From: an uncultured Parachlamydiaceae bacterium
GTDB taxonomy: Bacteria; Chlamydiota; Chlamydiia; Chlamydiales; Parachlamydiaceae
DNA length: 64,000 nt
Assembly: GCA_963752155.1 (NCBI GenBank)
Contig: CAVVXH010000008.1
Span: forward strand, 32,001 to 96,000
Direction of reading: 5' to 3'
Below the pieces are notes generated by a model. The model did not search any database. It worked only from the letters and a program-made list of their open reading frames with translations, and was not told the DNA's origin. Positions within the stretch are counted from its first letter, which is position 1, and the number at the start of each line of letters is the position of its first letter. Positions 32,915 through 42,024 of this stretch are shown here, one piece after another. The translations under genes were made by a program, and so were the position numbers.

Positions 32915-33636
32915 GAAAGGTCTTTTGGGATAATCCTTACCAACAAAGTCTTGAAACGAAAGTGAGCCAAGTCGATGAGAATGTTATTGTTTTTGCTGAA
33001 ACAATCGGCTTTTCAGAGTGTGGGGGGCAAGAAAGTGATGTAGTGACAGTCAATGATATTAGAGCCATATCTTCACATATGGACAAGTGTGCCCCTTTTT
33101 TGATTTATTATACCTTTCCGGAGGGTCATGGTTTTGTTCCAGGGGCAAATGTCATCATGAAAATAGACTGGTTACGCCGTAATCGATTAATGCGTTTGCA
33201 TTTTACGTGTGAGTTGATTCTTGTTCTCATGAATCGCCTGTTTAATGAAGCGCCGGAGGGTGTCGAGCTTAAACCTGAAGACATTGATACAGTTATCAAA
33301 AAAAGAGGGGCTCATATTGCTGAGACAGGAGCTCGTGTAGATTTTGAATGTGATGTGAACATTGCTGTGTATTTTCCAAAGCTTCTCGAAGAGTACAATA
33401 AAATTATTTCTACCGATCTCCCAATTGAAAAAGGATTTCTTGATGAACTCAATCAAATTCGTTATTGGAGGCTGCCTAATATCGCAACAGTTCCGTGTGG
33501 AGGCACTCATGTTCATTCAACTAGAGAAGTAGGGTTTATCGAGCTCAAACGAGATAGAGCAAACAAGGGTGTAGAAAGAATCAGGATCTCCCTTAAGGAC
33601 AATCATAGCTCAGAAATTTTAGAACAAAAAATTTGA
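32911..33636 (+). CDS. AlaX-type alanyl-tRNA editing protein
   Basis: GGQESD, RLMRLHF, VPCGGTHVHSTREVG. Confidence 0.85.
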   Translation: MRKVFWDNPYQQSLETKVSQVDENVIVFAETIGFSECGGQESDVVTVNDIRAISSHMDKCAPFLIYYTFPEGHGFVPGANVIMKIDWLRRNRLMRLHFTCELILVLMNRLFNEAPEGVELKPEDIDTVIKKRGAHIAETGARVDFECDVNIAVYFPKLLEEYNKIISTDLPIEKGFLDELNQIRYWRLPNIATVPCGGTHVHSTREVGFIELKRDRANKGVERIRISLKDNHSSEILEQKI

Positions 33637-33686
33637 TTGGAAAATTTTTCAACAATAAAGCGGTCATTTTTTAAGATATTTCTATT

Positions 33687-34229
33687 TCAGACTTGAAAAG
33701 AGCTTTCTCTCTTCTTGATAAATAGCTGTAATACGACAGGGCGTTGTAGCGCATCTTTGCTCTTTATTTGCTTATGTTCGCTAAAACCGGACTTTTGAAA
33801 TAAACGTATAGAAGCTTTATTTTGAATATCGGGATCGGCTAAACAATACTGATAAAAAGGCCAAATCCACTTTTCCAAAAATCTAATTAGAATCATGTAG
33901 CCCATGCCTTTTCCTAAGAAACTTTCTTCTCCAATCAATAGGTCTATCCCTGCAGCATTTTCGATAATTTCATAAGGCAAGTCTTGTTCCTCCCAAGGAT
34001 GATCTTTAAGAGGATAGCTTTGGATATAACCAATTGGTTGCTTTGAATGAAATATTACAAAACATTTCATGTGTTTTGCACCTTGAACATAGGGTAGCAA
34101 TTTTTTCTGAACGTCTTCAAATGTCCAAGACCTTAGAGAATAAAATTTTTGAACATGTGATTTATTGAACCACTCATGAATGATTTGAAAGTGAGATTGA
34201 TTAAGACATTCGAATGATAATTCTTCCAT
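33687..34229 (-). CDS. GNAT acetyltransferase (AAC(6')-like)
   Basis: PIGYIQSY, GIDLLIGE..LGKGMG, DPDIQNKASIRLFQKSGF. Confidence 0.85.
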   Translation of the reverse strand: MEELSFECLNQSHFQIIHEWFNKSHVQKFYSLRSWTFEDVQKKLLPYVQGAKHMKCFVIFHSKQPIGYIQSYPLKDHPWEEQDLPYEIIENAAGIDLLIGEESFLGKGMGYMILIRFLEKWIWPFYQYCLADPDIQNKASIRLFQKSGFSEHKQIKSKDALQRPVVLQLFIKKRESSFQV

Positions 34230-34890
34230 TAATTTATCTTCCTAATACCATTTTGTTGCCATAGCTTTAAGAGATTTTGTTCTTTCATTCTATCGATGCC
34301 TATTTGTATGTCATCTTTCTGCTTTTGTTTTTCCCAATCAATAATTGCTGAAATTGTTTGCGCTAGTGGACGGAATGTAAGACCGGCTTGAATAGCCTTT
34401 TTTACATCAACATTTAGAAAGCCTGGCATTTTGCGCTTATATGAAAGCCATAAAGGCAATTCGGCCCAGTCTTGCACTCCATGTTCAATAAGAAAATCCT
34501 CATTCACCCAAGTAAATGAAACATCTTTTTTGCTGATTTGCGAACACGTTCTTAGCAATTCCTCAAAACTTATGGGAAGTTTGGGTCCTGTTGCATTATA
34601 GAAACCTGTTTCTTGCCTTTCGACCATAGAAACAATCCATTTTGCCAGATCTCGCACATCTATAAATTGAAGATTCTGTGTTGGTGACCCCGGTGCTAAA
34701 ATTTCACCTCCATCCAAAACGCGTAAGGGCCAATAGGCAAATCTATTGGTAGGATCACGAGGCCCTACAATAAGACCTGGGCGAATAACTAAAAAATTAT
34801 TTGGAAAATAAGATTCTATAATTCCTTCACAAGCCGCTTTTAATGCTCCGTAGGTTTTCTCATTGATTTCTTCATTTGCCTTATCTTCAA
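34229..34890 (-). pseudogene. NAD-dependent epimerase/dehydratase, C-terminal fragment
   Basis: YGALKAACE, IRPGLIVGPRD, QFIDVRDLA; Rossmann N-terminus absent. Confidence 0.75.
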
Positions 34891-35147
34891 GTTTCGCTAA
34901 AGAAATAATCTTCATGAATGCTAAGCGAATGAAAATTCTCATAGACACCTATAGTAGAGATGAAAGTATAATGCTACTTGATACGGGTGTCCAGCCTATT
35001 GAAAGCACTCTTAGAGTAGCTGCTCAATATTCCCCACAATTAGTTCCATTATTTTTAGAAAAAGGGGTAAAACCTACAGATATGACCTTATATGTTATTG
35101 CCCGATATTCCCCACAACATGTTAACCTAGTTTCTGATTTCTCCTAA
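34890..35147 (+). pseudogene. Ankyrin-like repeat fragment
   Basis: Two similar units LLDTGVQPIESTLRVAAQYSPQ / FLEKGVKPTDMTLYVIARYSPQ, cut off by the palindromic element. Confidence 0.45.
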
Positions 35148-35518
35148 ATAACAAGTTTGCGCCTTGCCATTGGTGCCTGACCTGATATTCTGGCATTTGC
35201 CAATGCGATAACATTGCTTCCTAAAGGGCAAATGTCAGAATGTCAGGTCTGGAACCAAGGCTGGAACGTTAGGGACTGTGCAACAATAACTTGCCCAATC
35301 ATACAAGTTATTATTGCACAGTCCCTTACCCCCAAGATTTACGCAACTGAAAAAAGCGTCGTTTTCAATTAATAACAAGATACTAAATTCTGAGAGGTAA
35401 CGTTTAGCCTTGGTTCCAGACCTGACATTCTGACATTTGCCCTCCTGGGAGGTTACGTTATCATTGTAGGCAAATGTCAGAATATCAGGTCAGGCACCAA
35501 TGGCAAGGCGCTTTAAAA
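35140..35518 (-). mobile_element. Nested palindromic element, copy 2 (379 bp, central 105 bp missing)
   Basis: Reverse complement of 28591-29074 with few substitutions and no central palindrome. Confidence 0.85.
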
Positions 35519-35575
35519 ATCTGTTATTTCCCGATAGGGGGCGCCGCAGGCGACTGTCTCGCTTTGCGTAGAAGC

Positions 35576-35833
35576 TTATAATCGCTTCCTGAACGAATAC
35601 AAGAATATTCCTAGCTTGTTTTTAAAAGCCAAGTGTCGAAATTTATCCCCATCATTATTGCCAAAGACACCACGTAAAGGAGCTTGTAACCCTTGAAAAA
35701 AATGAAGGATGAAAGGAGATACCCAATCACCACAATGAAAAACCCAAGATACATTTTCATCGTTGAAGTGTTTAACAGCCTTTTGAATCAAATCACCTTG
35801 GTCGTGAGTATCAGAAAGAACTCCTATTTTCAT
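35576..35833 (-). pseudogene. YfcE/MJ0936-type phosphodiesterase, N-terminal fragment
   Basis: MKIGVLSDTHD...HCGD...GVFGNND, truncated at 85 aa. Confidence 0.75.
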
Positions 35834-35845
35834 ATTTCTCCCAAT

Positions 35846-37006
35846 TTATTGTTTTTCTGCAAAAATTTTTATAATTGGATGCGTATGATAATCGGATCTC
35901 TTATTCGCTATTTCCACATCCACTACCTGAAATTTCGCTTTGCTAAGTAACTCGACTAGTTCACCCGGTTCATAAAAAGACCAATATTTTTCTAGCCCTC
36001 CATAACGATCATCAGCTCCAAAAGATTCGTCGATATGGCTTTGCTTTACAGAAAGATAAAGAACTCCTTTTGATTTCAAAATGATACGCATCTTATCAAG
36101 AACGGAGGGAATATTTTGCTTTGGAACATGCAATAAAGCACAATTTGCCCAAACCCCATGAAAAGATTCCGAAGCAAAGGCTAATTTCTCTATATCCATG
36201 ACGTGAAAAGAACAGCAAGAAGCGTTTTGTCTTGCAAGCTCAATCATTTTGGCTGAAAAATCCACGCCAGTAACCTCAAAACCAAAACTAGAAAACACTT
36301 TTGCATCTCTCCCAGGGCCACAACCAATATCAATGATTTTTGCGCCTCTTGGAAGTCTTGCAATAAATTTTTGAGCTTCTTCTTTTGGATGGAGATCGAT
36401 GGTGTTTAAAGCATAACGTGATGCAGACGCCTCATAACTGTTAAAGGTCACTAATTTCTTCATAACCTTATCGACAAATCGCTTCATGTGAGGATCTGTG
36501 CGTTCATAAGGAATTTCTTTCTGATGAAACCACTGAATTTGGTAAAACTCATCTGTATCAAATGTTAAAGGTGTTTCTCGATTGCCCCTTAGAACATACC
36601 AAAGGGAGACATCTGTATGACGAGCCACATTTCCTACAGTGTTTGTAACAGTTAAGAAAAGAGGATCTTCAAACAAAAATTCTGCATCTATTCCTAACTC
36701 TTCTTTAGCTTCTCGTTTAACAGTCTCTTTTGGATGTTCATTAAGCTCTACATGTCCTCCAGGAGGCAGCCAAAGTTCAGCTTTCTTATGGTCCACAAGT
36801 AGAAGTTCATTGGTTTGAGGATCTATGACGATGAAGTAAGAGACCAAGTGAATGTTTGGTTTATCTGGCTTTGCAATTCGAAAAATCTCTGCACCTGATG
36901 CAATCCAATCTTTAACAAAATCAAGCTGCTCTCTTTCTGCAATGTCAAATGGAATGATAGAATCAACAGTTGTTAGGATTTCTTCTCGGATTACAGAGGT
37001 TATCAT
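35846..37006 (-). CDS. NUDIX hydrolase fused to class I SAM methyltransferase
   Basis: Nudix box GGHVELNEHPKETVKREAKEELG; IDIGCGPGRD; GVWANCALLHV; likely start MITSV at 37006. Confidence 0.85.
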   Translation of the reverse strand: MITSVIREEILTTVDSIIPFDIAEREQLDFVKDWIASGAEIFRIAKPDKPNIHLVSYFIVIDPQTNELLLVDHKKAELWLPPGGHVELNEHPKETVKREAKEELGIDAEFLFEDPLFLTVTNTVGNVARHTDVSLWYVLRGNRETPLTFDTDEFYQIQWFHQKEIPYERTDPHMKRFVDKVMKKLVTFNSYEASASRYALNTIDLHPKEEAQKFIARLPRGAKIIDIGCGPGRDAKVFSSFGFEVTGVDFSAKMIELARQNASCCSFHVMDIEKLAFASESFHGVWANCALLHVPKQNIPSVLDKMRIILKSKGVLYLSVKQSHIDESFGADDRYGGLEKYWSFYEPGELVELLSKAKFQVVDVEIANKRSDYHTHPIIKIFAEKQ

Positions 37007-37007
37007 T

Positions 37008-37140
37008 TTACCGTTTATCCCCATAAAGCATATCTTCAAGATTCTGTTTTACAACTGGCCATTCATGATCAAGTTTTCGATACCAAGCTGTATCCCGATT
37101 ATAATTCTCGTTTTGTCAATAAGGATTCTAATATTTTCAT
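37008..37140 (-). pseudogene. RimJ/RimL-like GNAT remnant (start and C-terminus only)
   Basis: MKILESLL start, then YNRDTAWYRKLDHEWPVVKQNLE in another frame. Confidence 0.5.
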
Positions 37141-37149
37141 AGGTTCTTC

Positions 37150-38664
37150 CTAATTAAATCCTGTCGGATCAAGCTCTCTTACATCGAATACCCCTTTCAG
37201 AAGAGTACCGAAGTATTCATAAGCTTGAATGCTTCTTGCTGTGGTATTTAAAGTAGGTGGGGGATAGGTAATTAAATCTTCTGAATCAATAGCCACTACC
37301 GTAACAGCTTCTAAACTTTCGTTGTTCTGATTGAGACGATAGATGGTCACGTGCGCATTATTTGAGAAAGTAATATAGATCCGTTTTTTTCCTTGTCTGC
37401 CTTGCCATGAACTTCCAGCGCCAAAATAGTGTTGATCATAGAATTGAGAAATTTGCCCTAATCCTTCGTTTGTTGGAGATTTTTCAATAGATTTCCATTC
37501 AGTATCATGCTCAAACCCAAAACGTAAGACCTTTTCAGTTCCAAAAAACGATTCAAATTCATCATAAACGATTTCTTGAGCATAGTTTTTATATCTATTG
37601 ATTTGTCCATTATAAGGATCCCATCCAACACGCGCTGCATGTGGAGGAAATAAAATAATTTTGTCTGAAAAAGGCTGTAAAATAGCCCATAAAGCTTGAG
37701 AACGGCACCATCCACCGGAACAGACGGGATAAACTGCATCTCCGAGATTGATCTGAATTTGTTGCTTATTGGATTCTAAATTAGGAATGCATTTTAAGAT
37801 TCCGCCTTTGCAAAGAAAATTTTGTAAACACTTTTGGACACTCGTATTTGGATTTCGTTCTAAGTCATCGTCATTTTTAAAAGGTACTGTCGCTGAGATA
37901 CTTGTAATTTGTAGTGACAATTCAGAAATGGAATCAAGGACCATATTTGACTTAGAAAAATCTTGACCCGCTGTGATTTTGTTTGGTATCGCTACCGTGA
38001 TCATTCCAGCCTTAGAAGCGGCTTCAACACCTGCTCCAGAGTCTTCAATCACTAAACAGCGATCAGGAGGAATGTTAAGCTTTTTTGATGCTTCTAAATA
38101 GATGTATGGCTTAGGTTTGTTTTTGCCTTCAAGATCCACATAATTTTCTAAATCATCTGAACCTGAAATTATTAAATCAAATGCCTGTTCCAATCCAATC
38201 TGTTTCAGATTAAGAAGAATTTCACTTTTAGAGGCAGAAGATGCTAAACCCAGCTTTATTCCAAGTGCATTTTTGTTTTGAGACAGATAACTAGCAAAGT
38301 TCACTGTTTCTTCAATTGGGTGTATCCCACATTCTTGCAATTTCTGATATTCACTACGCCTCAAAAGAATGACTTTCTCCGGAATTGATATGCCTTTAGC
38401 TTGTTCTAACATCTCGACAATCTTTTTTGAACTATGACCAGCTACAGCTTTATATTCTTGGATGGAGAGTTCGATATCTAGAGTAGCTAAAGCTTGTTGC
38501 CATGCAAGGAATTTTAAATGTTCGGTGTCTACCAAAACCCCATCACAATCAAAGATAATTGCATCCACGCCCCCAAAGAGCGGGGTTAAAACTGAAGCTA
38601 CTAAGCTGGGACTTTTACAAAATATACAAACCATTATCAACCTGACAAAGATATTTTTTAGCAT
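37150..38664 (-). CDS. HAD-family phosphatase fused to a C-terminal CX5R (LMW-PTP/ArsC-like) domain
   Basis: IIFDCDGVLVDTE, LASS, KPKP, VIEDS; C-terminal VCSGGWCRSQ; hydrophobic N-terminal leader. Confidence 0.75.
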   Translation of the reverse strand: MLKNIFVRLIMVCIFCKSPSLVASVLTPLFGGVDAIIFDCDGVLVDTEHLKFLAWQQALATLDIELSIQEYKAVAGHSSKKIVEMLEQAKGISIPEKVILLRRSEYQKLQECGIHPIEETVNFASYLSQNKNALGIKLGLASSASKSEILLNLKQIGLEQAFDLIISGSDDLENYVDLEGKNKPKPYIYLEASKKLNIPPDRCLVIEDSGAGVEAASKAGMITVAIPNKITAGQDFSKSNMVLDSISELSLQITSISATVPFKNDDDLERNPNTSVQKCLQNFLCKGGILKCIPNLESNKQQIQINLGDAVYPVCSGGWCRSQALWAILQPFSDKIILFPPHAARVGWDPYNGQINRYKNYAQEIVYDEFESFFGTEKVLRFGFEHDTEWKSIEKSPTNEGLGQISQFYDQHYFGAGSSWQGRQGKKRIYITFSNNAHVTIYRLNQNNESLEAVTVVAIDSEDLITYPPPTLNTTARSIQAYEYFGTLLKGVFDVRELDPTGFN

Positions 38665-39500
38665 TTTTTATTTCCTTCATAACCTGCAAAGCAATATTTA
38701 CCTGAAAACGCTTTAGCTACAATTCGATCTCTTTCAAAAGATAGAATCGTATAAATCTCAGGAACGTTATCTCTTATATTGGGACCACAAATATTGTCTC
38801 CCATAGCCGGACAAGTGATGTATGGAATACCATCGATTTCCTTTGCATGGAAATAGTGTAGATGAGCTTGTAATACTGCCAATACATGACTGGACGTCGC
38901 AATGACTTCTCTGATTTCTTCCTGATTTTTTAGAAACAGAGCTGATTTATTGCGGTTATCACTTGCTTCGAAGAAGAAATTACCATTTACATCATGATCA
39001 TCTATTGCACAATGCGTAAAAACGATTGCAGGTTGTTTAACCTGTTTTAGCAGGTCCCTTAACCAGCCTAATTGCTCAGAAGGGAGTGAACGAATTCTAT
39101 GATCTTTGGGGTCAAATTCTAGGCCAAGCCATATCAAGGTAAAATCACCAATTTTTTTATAACCATAACTCTTTTGAGTGAATCCATTATCATGCCAAGC
39201 ATTTTCAACATCATCTAACAACATGTTCTTCAGCTCATGATTACCCAATAAATGAACGACAGGGCATTTTATTGATTCAAAATTGGAAATTAAACGGCGG
39301 TATTTTGTAACATCAAGCTCTTTTTCTTCACTTCGGATAAGATCGCCAAGGTTGACTAATGCTTCAGGAGTATGTTCTGAAATTATTCCTTGCAAGAAGC
39401 CTTTCAGCATATCTTCAATCAAATGAGATGAAGCTCGTACTTTGCCATTATGTTCCAAACATTTTCCAACATGAATGTCATTAACGATTGCGATTTTCAT
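38658..39500 (-). CDS. Metallophosphoesterase
   Basis: DIH, LGD, GNHE, FTH, AHLH. Confidence 0.85.
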   Translation of the reverse strand: MKIAIVNDIHVGKCLEHNGKVRASSHLIEDMLKGFLQGIISEHTPEALVNLGDLIRSEEKELDVTKYRRLISNFESIKCPVVHLLGNHELKNMLLDDVENAWHDNGFTQKSYGYKKIGDFTLIWLGLEFDPKDHRIRSLPSEQLGWLRDLLKQVKQPAIVFTHCAIDDHDVNGNFFFEASDNRNKSALFLKNQEEIREVIATSSHVLAVLQAHLHYFHAKEIDGIPYITCPAMGDNICGPNIRDNVPEIYTILSFERDRIVAKAFSGKYCFAGYEGNKKC

Positions 39501-39589
39501 AAGTTTTTCCTAATAAGCTCAGCTGTCTGTTGAAGCTCTTCTGAATGTAATCATCATAAAACTTAAGCACTGTTACTCAACAAGTTATA

Positions 39590-39768
39590 AAAAGTGGGGC
39601 AACTTGGACTTGAACCAAGGACCAGCGGGTTATGAGGGCGGTCGCCTTTCACATTACTCATTCAACCGCTATGAGTAAGATGATAAATGGTTTATGCCTA
39701 AAATGCTACTGGATTTTATTGAATTTGACTGGCAGAATATGCCTTTCACTGCACCACTAGTGCACCGC
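39590..39768. mobile_element. att site: 3' 42 bp of tRNA(CAT) (39595-39636) plus conserved arm region
   Basis: TGGGGCAACTTGGACTTGAACCAAGGACCAGCGGGTTATGAG is identical to 52571-52612; TGCACC pair at 39750/39761. Confidence 0.92.
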
Positions 39769-40026
39769 AGATTATTTGAATCAAAGTATTTTATAGGCTG
39801 TTCTTGCATTTTTATTAGTTAATTTTCCTTGTTTGTTGATAATAAAAATATTGACCGACCAAAGCTTTTGCCATTCGAGTCAAAACTTGCTCGCAACTGC
39901 ACTTAGCACATGAGTCAACGATATGAGTATCAATTGCGTATTTTAAATTTTATGTTTGTGATCCGAAAGAACTTCATCGATTATACGCCAACATTGCTTG
40001 GACTCTGAATTATTGCGATTATTTTG

Positions 40027-40512
40027 TCATTCGGCAATCTCCGCATTCTTTGGAATTAATTTCTGGAAGATACGGATCATGCATTCCTTTTCCTCTACAG
40101 TAAGATTATGAAAAAATTCTGTGTCTTTTGTTTCAACAGCAGGCAGTGCTCTCTTAAGAATATCTGAACCCTTCATTGTTAAAATCGGATTTTTTGCTCT
40201 TCCATCAGAGGATTTTTCACGCATAATGAGTTCTTTTTGCTCTAGCCCTTTTATGATCTGAGAAACAGTGTTTGGATCAAGTCCCGCCATTTTGCCAATG
40301 AGAGCTTGAGTCACACGATCTCCTTTTCTGGTTAACCACCCTAAAGTAGCAAGAATGACGAATTGCGGATGAGTCAGACTCATTGATTTAAGCATCACTT
40401 CAATCGACCCACGCCACGCTGTGCTAATATGCCATAAGAGGAAGCCAGGGCTACGATCTGGAGTATCATGAACACTGATCTTTTTAAAATTGATGCTTTT
40501 CTTCATGATCAA
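40027..40512 (-). CDS. MarR family regulator
   Basis: SPGFLLW...LTHPQFVIL...DGRAK. Confidence 0.9.
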   Translation of the reverse strand: MIMKKSINFKKISVHDTPDRSPGFLLWHISTAWRGSIEVMLKSMSLTHPQFVILATLGWLTRKGDRVTQALIGKMAGLDPNTVSQIIKGLEQKELIMREKSSDGRAKNPILTMKGSDILKRALPAVETKDTEFFHNLTVEEKECMIRIFQKLIPKNAEIAE

Positions 40513-40925
40513 ACTCCCATTGCTCTGGAGATGACTTGAAACTCTTGTTGCGAAATTTCAAAACAACCTCTTCTAAAAGGAAATCCCCATTTTTGCTTAT
40601 CCTTTATGAAAGATAGCTCATTCAACAAGGTTTGGATAGGAATCTCTCGGCATTTCAGAAAAGACACATCGCGACGCCAAGGAACAAAATCTTCACTCAT
40701 AGCAAAAAGATAAGGGTCACCTTCTTTGATTTTTCCTATTGCCGTGAAAGATTGGCAGGGTTCCTTTTGCCCAAATTTTATAGTCGGGGAATAATAGACA
40801 ATCCAATCGCCTTCCTTCATTTGATTTAATGGGCCAACTTTTCCATGGCAAACCTGAGCAAATCCACCTAATATTCCTCTTTGCACATGCTCTTTGGATG
40901 CGACTCCTATCCAGTACCGTGTCAT
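40509..40925 (-). CDS. EVE domain protein
   Basis: YWIGVASKEHV..G..GGFAQVCHGK...GDWIVYYSP. Confidence 0.9.
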   Translation of the reverse strand: MTRYWIGVASKEHVQRGILGGFAQVCHGKVGPLNQMKEGDWIVYYSPTIKFGQKEPCQSFTAIGKIKEGDPYLFAMSEDFVPWRRDVSFLKCREIPIQTLLNELSFIKDKQKWGFPFRRGCFEISQQEFQVISRAMGV

Positions 40926-41296
40926 TATTTTTCCTCGTGGAGTTTGTATATCCTAATTCTGTGTCCATCAGGATCAAGAACAACAAAAGTGCGTCCAAAG
41001 TCCATGTCTGTTGGTTTTTGAGCGATTGTCACATGCTTTTTACCCCATTGCTCATACAAAGCATCTACATCTTCAGTTGGAAAGCATATTTCCAACGCGC
41101 CAGCAGGAGCAACAACTTGTGGTTCTGCTGTATATTTGGACCATAAGCCAAGCATCACTCCATTTTTGAGGGCGAACATAACAAATGTGGGTGATTCCTC
41201 AATCGGTTTGATCTCAAATATCTCTTGATAAAAGAGAGCGCTTTTTTGTGGATTTGAAACGAAAAGAAGAATGAATCCTAAGCTTGGTGTGAACAT
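40925..41296 (-). CDS. VOC/glyoxalase family protein (EhpR-like)
   Basis: SALFYQEIF...LGLWS...PTDMDFGRTFVVLDPDGHRIR. Confidence 0.9.
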   Translation of the reverse strand: MFTPSLGFILLFVSNPQKSALFYQEIFEIKPIEESPTFVMFALKNGVMLGLWSKYTAEPQVVAPAGALEICFPTEDVDALYEQWGKKHVTIAQKPTDMDFGRTFVVLDPDGHRIRIYKLHEEK

Positions 41297-41324
41297 GGTT
41301 ATCTCCTGGTTAATGATTATATTG

Positions 41325-41411
41325 TACGTATACGTATTATATTTGTCTATAGATGTATTTTTTTAGATAGAAATAGACAAAAATGTCTTAAATAGACTAT
41401 ACTGTCTATTT
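41325..41411. promoter_or_regulatory. Divergent promoter region with palindromic operator candidates
   Basis: TACGTATACGTA (41325-41336); AGACAAAAATGTCT and AAATAGACTATACTGTCTATTT upstream of the YheO-like gene. Confidence 0.5.
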
Positions 41412-41424
41412 AAGGAGTTTTTGA

Positions 41425-42024
41425 ATGAATGAGTTAGAACATTATAAGCCAGTCGCGGAGGCTATTAGCCTTCTACTTTTTCCTCATGCTGAAGTGGTTA
41501 TCCATGATCTTCGTACTGGCTGTATCAGAGCCGTTTTTAATAATCTCTCCAAGAGAAGAGCAGGCGATGAGTCTTCATTAGATGAAATAGACAAACTGTC
41601 TGATACCCAAGAGGTATTTCCTCCTTATTTCAAAATCAACTGGGATGGAAGAAAAATGAAGTCGGTAACAGCTGTCTTGCGCAGCAGTCAAGGCAAGCCG
41701 ATTGGTCTGTTATGCATTAATCTCGATATTTCAAAGTGGGAGGAAATGCATCATTTCATTCTTGACTTGATCAAACCAGCGACAGAGATGCCTGACTTTC
41801 TATTCAAGAATGATTGGAGAGAGAAAATCAACATATATGTCTCTTGCTATCTCAAGCAACATGCCTTGTGTTTAGAATCTCTTGATAAAGCAGAGAAAAA
41901 AGAATTATTGCTCGCTCTTCATAAAGAGGGCGCGTTTAACACAAAAAACGCTGCTTCTTATGTCGCTGATGTTCTACAAATTTCACGAGCCACAGTTTAC
42001 AATTACCTGAAGGATAAACCATGA
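41425..42024 (+). CDS. YheO/DauR-like PAS-HTH regulator
   Basis: EVVIHDL, MKSVT...IGLLCINLD, GAFNTKNAASYVADVLQISRATVYNYL. Confidence 0.9.
   Translation: MNELEHYKPVAEAISLLLFPHAEVVIHDLRTGCIRAVFNNLSKRRAGDESSLDEIDKLSDTQEVFPPYFKINWDGRKMKSVTAVLRSSQGKPIGLLCINLDISKWEEMHHFILDLIKPATEMPDFLFKNDWREKINIYVSCYLKQHALCLESLDKAEKKELLLALHKEGAFNTKNAASYVADVLQISRATVYNYLKDKP

Noticed and set aside
28591..35518. Composite transposon formed by the two inverted palindromic elements (3-bp ATC direct repeat on the outer flanks)
   Set aside because: Both flanks of copy 1 appear to belong to one ImmA-like gene, which implies an independent insertion; a 3-bp match is easily chance
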